A DNA stretch of 64,000 nucleotides from Yuukianura sp. NJ FZ-2021 (Eukaryota). The translations under genes and the position numbers were made by a program. Shown here one piece after another: positions 1 to 12,557 of this stretch (positions within the stretch are counted from its first letter, which is position 1; each line of letters starts with the position of its first letter). The stretch lies in contig CM102289.1 in the NCBI GenBank assembly GCA_046563655.1, forward strand, positions 7,812,001 to 7,876,000, read 5' to 3'. The notes under the pieces are model-generated. The model had not been told where the DNA came from. It saw only the letters and a list, made by a program, of their open reading frames with translations, and did not search any database.

Positions 1-1
1 C

Positions 2-49
2 TTTGCCGAAGAAGTAGAAAAACTTGTCCAGCAACTTGAGGAATTTTAA
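2..49 (+). CDS. 3' end of a gene entering from the left (FAEEVEKLVQQLEEF*), possibly a paralog of the acyltransferase at 3701-5414
   Basis: Open frame from base 2 to TAA at 47-49, followed by AT-rich UTR-like sequence. The peptide resembles the acyltransferase C-terminus YYLEELETLLDEV. Only 15 codons are visible. Confidence 0.3.
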   Translation, partial: FAEEVEKLVQQLEEF

Positions 50-1612
50 GTACTGAAGTTTCAAATTTATACAAAAACGAACCTCAAGTTTCAAAATTTC
101 ACAAAAAAAGAACCTCCTTTTTTCTACAAAACCTGAAAAAATCAACTTGAAAGCACTAAATTCTTAACTGATTGGAAGAAAATAAAATTCGAAGCTTTTT
201 TATGTCTTGCGTGTTTCAGGCATCTTCTTCAAACACGTTTTTTCGATCGATCACTTTAAAACCAAGGTAAAAGCTAATTAAACCAAGGTTAATTAAACTT
301 AGTTTAATTTTTTGAAAAAACCACAACGGAAGGTCTTTTGTATTAAAACTTATTTGATTTCATCAATTAACCGCAATACGTTTTTTGAATCAGCATGACT
401 CTGCATTTGGCACACTTATTAAAAACCTCAAAATGTGTCACACCGCTTGCCGTAATACGCCAAGAAATAAAGAAAAAACGATACGGAAAAGTTTGAGAAG
501 ACGCAATTTCGTTTTCAAAAGCTCCGTCTTTCATCTATAGCTTTTTAATTGCTCAGCAGCGTTTGTGTGTTACAGAAGCAAACTTAAGTCACAGTCTGGT
601 GTCCATTTACTTTAATTTCTTTTGTCCTGATAAGATACAAAAGAGTAACTTCAAACCGCCCTTAACTACTTTGTAGTTAACTACTTACTAGTTCATCAAT
701 GGCCAACACTACAACTACTCCTAATTTATTTCATAGCATGGAACTAAACCTAAAGTTTGCTTAAATTTAAAATTTAGTTTCCATCTAATTAGCAATTAGC
801 ATCTGAATAAGCAGCAGGCACCTTTGTTTGTTCTTGGTTTTTGACATTCAGCAAAACCTAAAGTACGAAATTAGTCGTTAACTTCAAACTCACCGCTAGC
901 AACTGCGCCTGTTTTGAAAAACTTGATTTTCAGGATTTTATGCAAATTTTGAAAAATTCTAAAGAAGTTTTTCGGAAAACCTCCAGTGACACCCATTTTG
1001 TGTCAAAAAAGTGTGATTGAAAGTAATGAAAGAACAATTGCACATTGAACAGGTTTTTTGGAAAAGATAGTACCAGGATATCTCATGTCGGTATTCGACG
1101 CTTTCCTGACGCATCCTGTACATTATATACACTGTGGTCCATGTGCTATGGAGTATCACTTTGGCAGTAGAAGTTCAACAGAATACATCATTGTGTACCG
1201 TTGTGTACAGGCCAAGTTTTAGCCTAACTTTTGTGAATTGAAAAGCAGACCTAACTGGATCTCAGGTAGGAAGTAGGCGGGAAGCATTGTGTTCTAATTA
1301 TATAAGTGTCAAGTGGTTATCAATTTGAACTCAACCACAAACACGCCTTGAATTTCAAATTTTATTTCCTGTCTAACCTTCACCTTGGACTAGAACTTCA
1401 AAAGTTACGAGCCTATAAGCTCCTCCTAACGAAAATTTTCCAATCGCCAAATTTTGGTCAAAGCGAAAACCGAGGACACCGAAAAGTTCAAAATTTATCT
1501 AGTGCGGTAGTGGTTGTGACCGAAAAAAAAAGTTATAAAAAAGAAGAACCGCTTTAAACAAGATTTTTCATTTTTGCCTGCATTGTATTTGGAACAAGTT
1601 GATTTCTTGAAC

Positions 1613-2745
1613 ATGGGGAGCTTAGACAAGAGTGAAGGAAACACTAAAAGCAGGTAGGTTTTTTAAAAAACGAGTTTTTCTTGTTTTTCTAAAACATGAT
1701 TTTAAAACAACTTTTTTTAATAGCATCAACCTGTTCCGGATGGAACTGGAACGACGACTGAAGGAAGTTCAAGATGACTTGATCATTGGCAACAGCGTGA
1801 CGATGACCAATGGGAAAAGTATTTCAGAAAACTTGGGCAGCAGCATGCCTTCTACAGCAAATAAGAAAAAGAATGACAAGCATTCCAAGTTGAAACTGCG
1901 TGATTTGGTGTCAACTTTCAAATATCTTCAGCCATGCTGTTTTCCGACAGTTTCACCTTCAAAATTTTCAAAAAATCCGTCCAGAAGGAGTTCTACTGTG
2001 GCAAAGCCTCGGGCAGCTTCTATATCAGCAGCAACGTACAAAGTAAGGTCAAAGACCTTCAAAATTTTGATTTGGACAGATATCATTTTTTGAAATTTTG
2101 AACTTTTTATAGATTATAACTTCCTGTGGGCGACTTTCTCCGGTGAAAGATGTGGACATGGAAGTAGTTGACGTATTTTTGCCAGTTAGAGATGAGATAC
2201 TGGCAAGATTATTGGAGGAAGTTGGACTGGACAATTGGGGTGAAGGAGCTGCTTGGGACGTTAGCCTTACTGTGATTTCATACAAAACTCAAGTGGTTGT
2301 TGGCATGAACTATTTTGTTAAGGTAAGCTGACTACACAAAATGACTTCAAAATTTCGAAATTAGATGAAGTTATTCAGGAATTGGATTTTGCATTTCTAT
2401 TTCCAATTTTGCTGAATTGAAAAGTTAGAGTTGAATCAGATTTCAAAAATTAAAAATAAAGTATCGTAAACAACTTTGGACGTCATTAAAAGAGTTGGAG
2501 AGACAAGAGCGGTATATTGACAAAAGATTGTTGTGCAGTGTACTCAGAACATAATAGATAATTTTTACTACTCCAGACGTAACAAGTAGCGTTTGACCTC
2601 ATTTGACCTTTGACCTTTCCAGATGCGACTCAATGACGGGCCAATTTGTCTCCACTGCAGGATATACCAGCCTATTGATGGAGAGCCGTTCCTAACTGAC
2701 ATGATCTGCAACAAGAAAGTTGAAGATGAAATTGAATATTTTTGA
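1613..2745 (+). CDS. Stefin (type 1 cystatin, cystatin A/B-like) domain protein with ~120-aa N-terminal extension, ~230 aa
   Basis: Exons 1613-1653, 1724-2042, 2113-2322, 2623-2745, all GT-AG and phase-consistent. Contains TSCGRLSP (N-terminal Gly), SYKTQVVVGMNYFVK (QxVxG), LHCRIYQP and the C-terminus NKKVEDEIEYF*, matching stefin hallmarks. Confidence 0.85.
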
Positions 2746-2784
2746 TACACAAAATTCCGACGAGTTGTACTTTCCGTGGATCTT

Positions 2785-2920
2785 GCACAGAATTCTTCTT
2801 TGGGGTTCTACAAAATTCCTGCTGGGGCTCTACAGAATTCCTGTTGGGAATCTACAGAATTCCTGTTGGGGTTCTACAGAATTCCTTCCAGAGTTCTTCA
2901 GAAGTCCTGGTAGAATTCCT
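2785..2920 (+). repeat. Minisatellite, ~22-bp unit (ctacagaattcctgttggggtt), about 5-6 degenerate copies
   Basis: Repeated (t)acagaattcc(t)g(t)tgggg units directly after the stefin stop codon; explains ORFs 2720-2956 and 2742-2948. Confidence 0.85.
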
Positions 2921-3700
2921 CCTTTCACAATCCAGTGTCCCAATGTGACTACCTAATTCTGCTCAAGTCAAATGCAGCAATTCTTATGGTTATTGCAAAT
3001 GTTGAGACAAAAATTTATATTGACTAAACGGTTATGGCTCAATCGCTACAAAAATAAAAAAACCTAATAAAAATTTAAAATATACCAAAAGCCAATTTTA
3101 GCAGCAAGCAAATTTTGACGCAAGTTGCACCTCACTTGCAGTAATTTCAAGATGCTAATTATTACAAAAGGTATTAATTTGCGGACAGTTTTTTTTGTCA
3201 TGCATTTCTCGCACTAGGTTCTGCTCATCCAGAAAATTAACACTAATTTATTTCGAGGTCATCCGCTACTTCTGACTCATTCAAAATTTTGAGTGCAGGG
3301 TTGAAAAGTTGTTGCAGAAAAAATTTTTGAAGAAGATTTGAATTTGGCTTCCTTGCTAGCCAAACAGCGAAGTAAAAAAAGTAAGTAAAAAACGTGATTA
3401 ACAAAATACAGACGAATATTCATCTAACCACCAAGAAAACCTGTTTTCAGTAAGAAATTTTTTGGACTTTTTTTTCAAACTTGCACGTAAACTGTTAAGC
3501 CTTGGACCTTTGCAACCTATAGTCAGTATATTGAAATTTTATAGCAAAGTTGCACGTCATCGGCGAAACAGCAGTGTTAATGACGAACATTGTTTTTTTT
3601 TTGTTGATCAAACAGAAAAGTAAACAAAAGTCAGTCTAGTCATAATTTGGCTGTTGAAAATAGTAGAAATTGTTCAAATCTTTCTTTTAACATTCAAAAA

Positions 3701-5414
3701 ATGTCAGTTTTTGGCAAAATTTGTACAGTTGTGCTGGACATATTTCTAAGCCTCTTAATTTATCCAATTCTGTTCATATTTTTGTCTCCGCTGTTCTTGT
3801 ATCGATGGATGGTGATCTTATGTGTCAAAATTTGTTACCCATCGTACATTCCAGGTAGTTATTTGGACCAAGCTGTACAATTTGACTACTTTGCAACCAA
3901 AGGTGATCCACTAATATTCAGTTCCGGTGCAATGGTGACTGTCCTTGGTCCAGTATCAGTGTCCAGATTGAAAGAACGCTGGAAAAAACAGTTTCTAGAT
4001 GCAGTGGACTCTAATGGAAGACTAATTTATCCAAAACTGAGTGTCTCGCTGGTGAGAATTGGAGGTCACATTTTCTTCAAGCCACTAAAACAACTAAATG
4101 CTCAGGATATTTTTCATGAAGAGGAACTAGATCCCTCGGATTTAGAGAATTTCAAAACCGAATTTTTGTGTCGAGAGTACAAAAAAGACGCGCCACTTTG
4201 GGAAGTAGTTATAGTCAAAATGGGCGAAGAAACTAAAATGTTTTATAGATTTCATCATGTAATTGCTGATGGATACACGCAACTATATTTGCTCAATCAA
4301 TCAATGAAGAAAAGTGGTACACAACTTCCCACGGAACGAGATCCAGAGTATTCTTTTAGTGAATTTGTAAGTCAGATTAAAAATTCTGACTTTTTTAGAT
4401 CAAAATTTTAAAATTCACCAAAAATTTTTACTTTTTGACAGGTTCGAGCTGCAATATCGCTTCCGCGGGTGGGCTATCTTTACGTAACAGAAGTCTTGAG
4501 TTCGAGAAACGGCATTCCACTGACAGCATCATCCGAAGACGCCGTTCGTATTGCGTCGACGCACATTTATTTCTCAGATCTCAAAACAATTTACAGAAAA
4601 ACTGGGTCCAATTTCCTATCAATCAATCTTGCTCTCTACGCCGCCGTTTTGCGCCGAATCCTAAAAGACAAAGGACATGGAGACTTCATTTCTGTTCAAA
4701 CAGCACTTCCTTGGCCTAACCATCCTGCAAAAGAAGGAAAGATGGGAAATCACTTGTAAGTTTGCGCACAATTCATTCAGTTTTAAAGTGCACCGCTAAA
4801 CCATTTTGAAATAGTAATTTTGTTTTTGTTTTTGAATGTTTTGTTTGCCGCCATCAGTTCTGCTGCAATTTTGAAACTTCCTATGACAGAAATGACTGCG
4901 TTGCAGCGTGTCAAGGAGGTGGATGACTGTATTAAGCTATTTTACAAAAGGAGACTGGACAGACTACTGTGGTGGTTCTGGATACCCATGACAGGGGTAT
5001 TTCCGTCGGAGGTCGCTGGACATCTTATGAACTGGGTTCAGCGATCTCTGGGACTCAAACTCATGAGTTCAACGCTTTTGAGCTTTGAAGAATTTGAGTA
5101 CGAAACGGACGGGTCACCGGTCATGGCTGTCAAGCCACTAATTGCAAGATGCAGTTACACAACTGGTAGCCAATAAATTGGCCATTGTTCAAAAAATGTC
5201 TGAAAACTTTTTGAAAACTGAAAAACTGTTTTTTTGTGAAATAGTGTTGATAGCATCTACGGTCATCTACAATGAGCGATGCGAAGTAACTTTTGTTGGA
5301 ACTCCGGCAGTTGCCGAAAATCAGGAAATGATGAACAGGATAGTCGACGAGTACTATTTGGAAGAACTGGAAACTTTGTTGGATGAAGTCAGGCAAACAG
5401 ACTTGCCTGTTTAA
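3701..5414 (+). CDS. WS/DGAT-like (condensation-fold, CoA-dependent) O-acyltransferase, ~485 aa
   Basis: Exons 3701-4366, 4442-4755, 4858-5165, 5245-5414 (1458 nt, in frame). N-terminal hydrophobic segment, PLWEV...YRFHHVIADG catalytic HHxxxDG motif, GNHF motif and LP..(x)..LQRVKEV, typical of WS/DGAT-type proteins. Confidence 0.8.
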
Positions 5415-5685
5415 ACTTTTTGAAAACTTGAAAAATAGTTTTTAAAATGTCTTGTTTAATTTTTCGAGATTGTCAAACAGACAGAATTGTGAAGATCTTA
5501 AGAAATAATTTAGCCACTGGTCGGAATTTTCCACACGCATGTTTAAAAAAAGTCGTCGCTCATCGTTTGTCTATGATTAAAATTAAAATTAAGTCTAACT
5601 TAAACTCTAAGTTAAAAATGTGGACTACAAAAGTTTAAGATGGAAAGAAATTTTTTGTTGGAAATACAATTTTTTTGAATTGTAA

Positions 5686-7339
5686 CTAATGGTAATTTTG
5701 AACTACGACTCTCTTCATCTGTTCGTAAGTGATCCACATGAAGATGTTCCAAGAAACAAGGCGAGAGAATGACGGAAAGAAGCCTTTGTAGAAGGCAGTG
5801 GCGCCCTCTAGCTGAAATGTTTTCACGGCGCAGTCAAAGGCTCCACGATACTTTCCTGTTGCAGAATTCATGTAACGTGTTTTGATCACGTCCACCGGAG
5901 AAGCACAAAGCGTTGCGCAGAAGCCTGAAAAGCACAACTCAAAATTAGTTTTAGTGTTTTCAAAAATTTTTCATAAAATCTTTGAATTTTGAATTTTAGT
6001 CATACCAGCAATAATAGCAGAGGTGAAATGACACGGGATGTTGTCCGTCATGAGTCCGCGGGTAATTATAGACTCCTTAACGAGGTCATAACAGACAATT
6101 TCAGAGACGTTGACGATAGCATTTCTGCCGATGTTCGGAAGACAACCACGCCACAGTCCAGCGACTCCGTCGGCCATGAAAATAGTTCTGTATGCTTGCC
6201 AAGTTCCAGTATAAGCAGTACCAGATCCTGATTTCAGCAAAGATTTTGCCTGCGCCTGGAATCGAACCTTGACCACATCAGTTGGTTGGGCTAAGCATAC
6301 TGCCATGCCTCCTGTTGTAAGTCCAGCCATTATGCGTGCCATAACGTCTAGGACGCCACCGTGCTGACTTTTCTCCACTGAAAGTATAATTTTTTTTTGA
6401 AAAACTCAGCATTTCAAAAAAACTAAGTTGCCGTCTTCTAGAAATAGTCAAATTTTGGAAATACAGTCGCTTTTTCTAATTTTCTGAACATACGTTTCAG
6501 TATTTTCTGGTAGTAGCCTTTGACTGGTTCGTACATTCCGAGTCGGACGGAGGCAAAACACATTTGACGTTGAAGGCCAGCGTTGAGTCCATTGTACAGA
6601 CTCCTTCAAATTTGAAACTCAAGTTGATATTTTGTGTTTTTTGAAATTTTGAAAAACGGCCTTTTTTGAAAAATCCTTCAACTGACCTGAAACCCTCTTC
6701 CCTTGAAATTGTAGCTATGGTGCCCATAATGCCTCTGTAGTGTACAGCAGTAGCTGCATTCGAAGGAAGGCCAATGACAACGCCATGACCTATTCCACCA
6801 ATAGGGACTTTCACCTCACCTTGGATCTGAAATTTTAAAAGTTATTTTTAGAAAATGCTCATCTCAAATCACAAGATTTCATGACATGGCAAATAGTCAT
6901 TGCACATTCGAGTTTATTTTGGAACTGAATCATTTTGGCATATGAATGAAATGACTTTTGTGCTTCTGTGAAAAAGTGGGCGATAAGGTGGCCAGACGAA
7001 ACGGATTCAATGTATTTAGCGTACAACTGAAGTGTCGGGTGATCAAAACCTAAATTGGACTCTGTGACCATTGGAAATTTCAAAGTCCAAAGCTCAGTGT
7101 CCAGTTTGACCTTTGTCTCTTCCTAACCAGGATCCAGTTTAAACTGGAGCTAAGATCGAATGCTGATTGTTGAATCAGTAATTTCCATTTATTTGACTTA
7201 CTTGTAAGCGGACCTTGGCGGTGTCCAATGGAAAAGAAGCGAAATCGGCAAAACATGCTGCTGTTCCAGCCGTTAGCAATTTAACTGGAACTGGAAGTTG
7301 CTCAAAAGCTTGAGTTAGGGTGGCGTCTGACGTCGGCAT
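5686..7339 (-). CDS. UCP2: Mitochondrial uncoupling protein, UCP2/UCP3-like (SLC25 family), ~332 aa
   Basis: Exons 7339-7202, 6826-6687, 6603-6494, 6377-6006, 5924-5686. Three carrier signatures ([41 protein letters not shown]) plus [24 protein letters not shown] and [17 protein letters not shown] probable 5' UTR intron has its acceptor near 7414 and donor near 8068. Confidence 0.93.
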
Positions 7340-8576
7340 TTTCAAATTTTCGAGTTTTCAGATTATAAATTTTTGAAGTTAAACAAAATGTTTCCCTCGA
7401 AGCGTCGCGAAATCTGAAAGAGAAATAAAAAAATTATTTTCTGCGAAAATTTAAACTCCAAAAATTTCGAGAAATTTTTAAAAATTGCAACAAAAATGGA
7501 AAATTGCAAGGAACCTTATAGTTAACAGACCACTGAAAGGCAAATGGACGTTCAAAGTGAAAATGCAGTCGTTAATTTAGAATTTTTCGCTATTATTTCA
7601 TTGATTTTTTCACCAAAAACATCGTTTCCCGTCAATAAGTTTTTCCGCCAATCTTTCCTTTTCACACGAAACACTCAATTTTGGGGAAAAAAGATTGCAT
7701 TTTCCATTGTAGCCAAATTTCCCTTGGGTGTTGTGACGTTAGTCGCAAATTGATTTTCATTGCGTCCTTGAAATGTCTAAGCTCAAGCTCGAATGCATTC
7801 AGTCAAAAAGTAGTCTAGCCAATGTAACTGTTTAAAACGTTACTAGCTTTCTGAACAGGAATGTAAAATTTCCATTACTAATCATGTCAAAATCATAAGC
7901 GTTGGCTTTAGAACTTTGTTCTCTAGAAGTTTAGTAGCACCAACAAAATTTTGAAACTCAAACTCAAATTTTCAATGTCAAAAGCAGAATTAGTGCCAAG
8001 AAACTTTTCAACTTAATGCTATAAGCGTCAGCAAAATATTGGAAAAAGCAGGATATAAAATTTCTCACCGTCTGTTTGGAGCTTCTTTGTTGGAAGACTT
8101 TTTAAGCGTAGTTTTTGTAGCTGCCGTTGTATCTTATCACAGATTTGTTGTAAATATGAGAATTGGAATTGGAATCACAGAAATATGGAAGTAAATTGGT
8201 TGCGTAAGGTCAGTTGAGCAGTCTACCTGGCAGGCAATGGTAAAATGTGATATTGTTTAAAAAATATTATTAAACTGTGCAATTCAAAAGTTTTGCACAT
8301 TATAACCATGAAATTTTGGTTTAGAGGTTGATGTTACTGTTAAACTTTTTCAATAACAACTTGATTCAAATTTCAAGTAAGGTTCTCGGAAGACGTAAAA
8401 TTGGTTTCTGGAACTGTTAGGCCAAAATTTACCGAAAATAAATAGTTTTGCCAAAGACATTTTTTGTATAGCGTTAGTGGGGATTTCTGTGCGTTAGGAC
8501 TTGGGAAGTGGAACTTTGTCAGGGTTTTAAAGGGAAGGGAGGTGGAAAGAGACGCTTGTAAAATAAAACAAAGTTT

Positions 8577-8605
8577 TGGACTTTGGACTCACGCTTCAAA
8601 GTCCA
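8577..8605. promoter_or_regulatory. Candidate HNF4-type binding sites upstream of UCP
   Basis: TGGACTTTGGACT (rc AGTCCAAAGTCCA, DR1) at 8577-8589 and CAAAGTCCA at 8597-8605; another CAAAGTCCA lies at 7081-7089 in a UCP intron. Confidence 0.35.
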
Positions 8606-10569
8606 ATGTCTTCTGTTTGGGAAATGAAAAGTGTATTTACCTGTCAAGTTCCATTTTCATTGTTATCCAGAATGACGGAATCTGTGAGCAAGGTTCAACA
8701 TTTTCAAAAACATGCGATCTTTTAAAACATACCGTCAGCAACCTCTCAAAATTTGTAAAAATATGCTTCAAAGGTTTCTCAGATTAGACATAGAGTGGTA
8801 CATGTTATGAAATATTGTTCCAAAATAACATTTTTGACTTATTAATGAAAATTTTACTATGTATAATGTTTTGATTTGTCAAGTTACACTAACTTTTTAA
8901 TTGGACAATTCACACCAATGGTATAAATATATATCGAATGTTTATTTTTGCGTCGCAAGTTGAAATGGCGTGTTGGGAAGAAGATTGTTGTTGTTGCTGA
9001 AGATGCTGGACTTGATAACCTTAAGCCTCTGTAGTAAGATGCGGAAATTATGGAGAGTATTAACCCTAACCATAAATTTATCTATAGTTACAAGTAAACT
9101 TATTGAGAAGGTTCTGTTGCAGTGGAATTTTACTATGTCAACAGGATTTGGTTTTGTGGTTGAAATCGTCACACGATTTTAGCTCTTTTTATACTAAACT
9201 GAGATTACGTAACTTATTCATCTACAGGTGAATCTAACGTACCAGAATGTCCTTGGTTGGAGCATAAACGTGTGCTCTAAATTGGTTCATTTAGGAAATT
9301 AATTTCGGTTACGAAGATGAACTTAAGCTATCAATGACGTTGTCCATTGGTTAAAATTGCTAGAAGAAAGCAATAACCGGTTAAGACTTAATTTTAAACT
9401 GCTAATAATTGCAACTGCGAATTATTTTAGTTGCGTTTCAAAAATTTCCGACCATTTTCTTCCATTAGCGTCATCAAGATCGTTGCCACTTAAGAAGCGT
9501 TCCTCTTCATTTGAGATTTCGGAAATGAAATGATAAGGATTTAATGAACTTCAAATCCACTTCCAGGGCGAAGGTTAATGTCAACAAACGTTTGCAAAAA
9601 ATAGGCAGTTTGTTGAACTATGAACTTGACTTTGATACAAAATAGTATGAGATGAATTCTGGAATTTGTTAAAAGTTGTTAACTGTTGCATTGAAGGAAT
9701 CTGAGATAAAAAAAAAAGAAATTCCAAAAGATTCTCGACAAAATTTATTAAAGTTTGTTTCGAAAGATTTTGGCATGCAGTTACTATAATTTATTAAAGC
9801 AAATTTTGCATTGCATATTTACAAATAAGCGTCAACACTCTTAAACGATGTACAAAGTGTCTCTTTGCATTTGCTCAGGAACATTCATAAGCTGTATCTA
9901 AACGTCTAAAATATGAAATTGTAGAATACTTCAAACAAATTTCTCTTTTTGCAAGGTTAGTTGCGTAACGCGGAAGTTGTTTCACTGACTTAAATTTTTG
10001 GATAACTTTCCAATGTTAAAAAATTAAAACACAAACCGTCTGACTATGGTGTTTTTAAAGTATCACACATTATATCTGCACTATCACATTTTTCCAGAAC
10101 AAATCCTGCAGCTACAAGATATTTACATACGTATAGTAGGTCTCAGATTGACCTCAAATTGACAAATACGATTCAAGTTAACTTAAAAATATGCGCCGTA
10201 AAGCTAAGAGTCTTAACGGTGACCCCAATTTTACAAAAGTAAAACAAAACGATACAGTACGAACCACTAAAAAAATTTAGTGGTAAACTCTTCAGATCTT
10301 GCAGATCTTCAAATCATAAATACTGTCCAAAATTTTTCACAGGGACATGGGCATTGTAAGTACAGCTTTCAGTTTCAAAAGTTTAAACTAAAAACGTCAT
10401 GCATAATACATAGTATTACAACTATTTGAAATACGTCAAAGTTTTGGAAATTTAAACAAAGTGTATTGATTTTGCGCTTAAAGTGTCAGAAAATTTTCAA
10501 TTTAGAATTGAATTGTCAACAACTGTCGTTATAAATTTTGTGTTAGATGCGACTTTTTGAAAATTGAAA

Positions 10570-11744
10570 TTAAATCATATGCGGTTTTAAAGTGTTTAAA
10601 TGAAATCCAACGTAGGGAACTCCAAGGAATTCAATTTTGTCTGTTGGCCAGTACTTCAATTCAGGTTCTTGTTCTGGAACCTAAATCACAAATTCAAAGT
10701 AAATTTTTGAATTTTTTTGGAAAAACAGTTATGTATTGATATTTTCTAAAACGCACCGTATTGATTGCATCAAAGTATGCAAAGAGCACGCATCCAGTGT
10801 AAGCAGCCAGAAATATCAAAATGTGCCAAACTGCATGCAAGTATGGGAAATTGAGCGATGACCAAGTTTCACAAAAAAGTCTGTCATTGACCCAGCATGT
10901 AATGGCCAACACCCACATGAAACCACATCGGGCTCCCAACCGAAAAACACGCAAATTTGTTGACCTAAACCAAAAATATACTTTTAGCATGTCCAATTTT
11001 TCCAAATTTAGCTTTTCAAAAAACTTCTTTTTCATTTTATGTTATACCGTTTGAGTTCATAGGTTAACAAGTAAGCTGCCGGGAGTCCAAGACACATGAG
11101 TACAAATGCATTGACGATGGGATTCAGAAAGGCTAGGGCAGTCGTGAGCAGTGAAATTCCGAGAACAACCAACTGAAAAACGCTCCTGTTGAACAAAAAA
11201 AGTTTTTAGAATGAGTTGTGTCCAAAATTGGACTAAATAATTCAGATAAATTGATTCATCGGCTAATGTTGTGTCTAGCTTTACCTGTTTTGCTTGAGAA
11301 AGAATGGCAAAAGTCGATCAGGGTACCAAAGGGCAAATGCAGCAGCTACAACCCACAGAATTGCAATTTCATCCAGCAGTTGACCTAGCAAGCTCAACGT
11401 AGCATGAAAGTAGGCTGAGCACATTCCGACAATGATGAGCATGGCCCAGATAACATGAATTCCACGATGGAAACTCCGTCCGTAGGGTACAAACAGATGA
11501 ATCAGCAGCGGCGGAAGGGCAAAGAACAAAACGTTGCTTAACTAAAACAAAACCAAACTCAAAATTTAGAAACAAAATTTCAAAAATTGTCATAAAAAAG
11601 AATTTAGAGTGAGGTACTTCATACCGTATTGGCAAATTCAGCAATCCATTGTGATTGGCGGTAGTTGTCTTCACACCAGTCAACTGGACTGCTACCGGGT
11701 CGAATCAATTCAAAATGAAAATCTGCTAGCGTTTTGATCGACAT
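10570..11744 (-). CDS. ACER: Alkaline ceramidase (CREST superfamily), ~277 aa
   Basis: Exons 11744-11625, 11541-11285, 11185-11048, 10964-10757, 10680-10570. Motifs [54 protein letters not shown] and YWP...GVPYV. Confidence 0.95.
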
Positions 11745-12404
11745 GTTGGCCGTTTCAATTTGAGCGGTGACCTCAGGTCAAAAAACTCTTCAGAAAAAAC
11801 TTTGCAGTCAAAAAGCGTTTCTGAAATGAAAAAAAGATAAAATGGAAATTCGTAACAGGGAAAATTTTTAAACAGCGGAATTTGACTTTTACATTGTCAA
11901 AGACCACGTTGCCAATAAATTACTTTCAAAGAGTACTATCAAAAGGGGAAATTTTTAATGACGTACGTGGTATCCCACTTGAAATTTTTAGTACAAAACT
12001 TTTTGCTCAAAATTTAAATTTTCAAATCTGTCACTCACTTGTCCAAAATAGCGGAAATCGTGACACAATTTTAGGTCATTTGGGATAAAGACGCTTACAA
12101 AATAATCTTACTCGTCGGAAATTCTGGTCGAAAGCAAAACAAGGTTATCCGCTTTCCTCCAGCACAAAAAATGACAAGTGGAGCTAAACTTCAGAGGAAA
12201 TTTTTATAAAGCTGTGTTGTTGATTGCGCTCTTTGTGGATGCATCATGTTTTTGCACTGACTGTAACACTTTCAAGAAAAAAATATTGGTTTTCTACGTT
12301 AAAGTACTTTTGCACTTAAGGTTTCAGGTTTATGATTAATAACCACAAACATGCGCTTGGGCCTGGCCTCCTACCATCCAGAGACCTACACAAGTTAATT
12401 GTTA

Positions 12405-12557
12405 CCGTAAATTTCCAAATTGTGCCCTATGTATACTAATTTTCTTGAGATGTTGAGGGTTTGTGTACTGTTTAATTTCTGGCAAACGTGGAAGGAGTTA
12501 TGCTATGAGAATGGCGGTGTATTATTTGAGAGTGGTGCACTATTTGGAATTTTACGG
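12405..12557. mobile_element. MITE, Tc1/mariner-pogo/Tigger-type, 153 bp with TA target-site duplication
   Basis: Left end TA|CCGTAAATTTCCAAATTGTGCCC; right end GTGCACTATTTGGAATTTTACGG|TA. About 23-bp terminal inverted repeats with ~3 mismatches; no ORF. Confidence 0.7.

Noticed and set aside
2785..2920. Regularly spaced repeats that could suggest a CRISPR array
   Set aside because: Head-to-tail 22-bp minisatellite without unique spacers, in a eukaryotic context with no cas genes.
3701..11744. Acyltransferase, UCP and ceramidase as a lipid-metabolism gene cluster
   Set aside because: Different pathways and compartments with no evidence of co-regulation; adjacency is expected in a compact genome.
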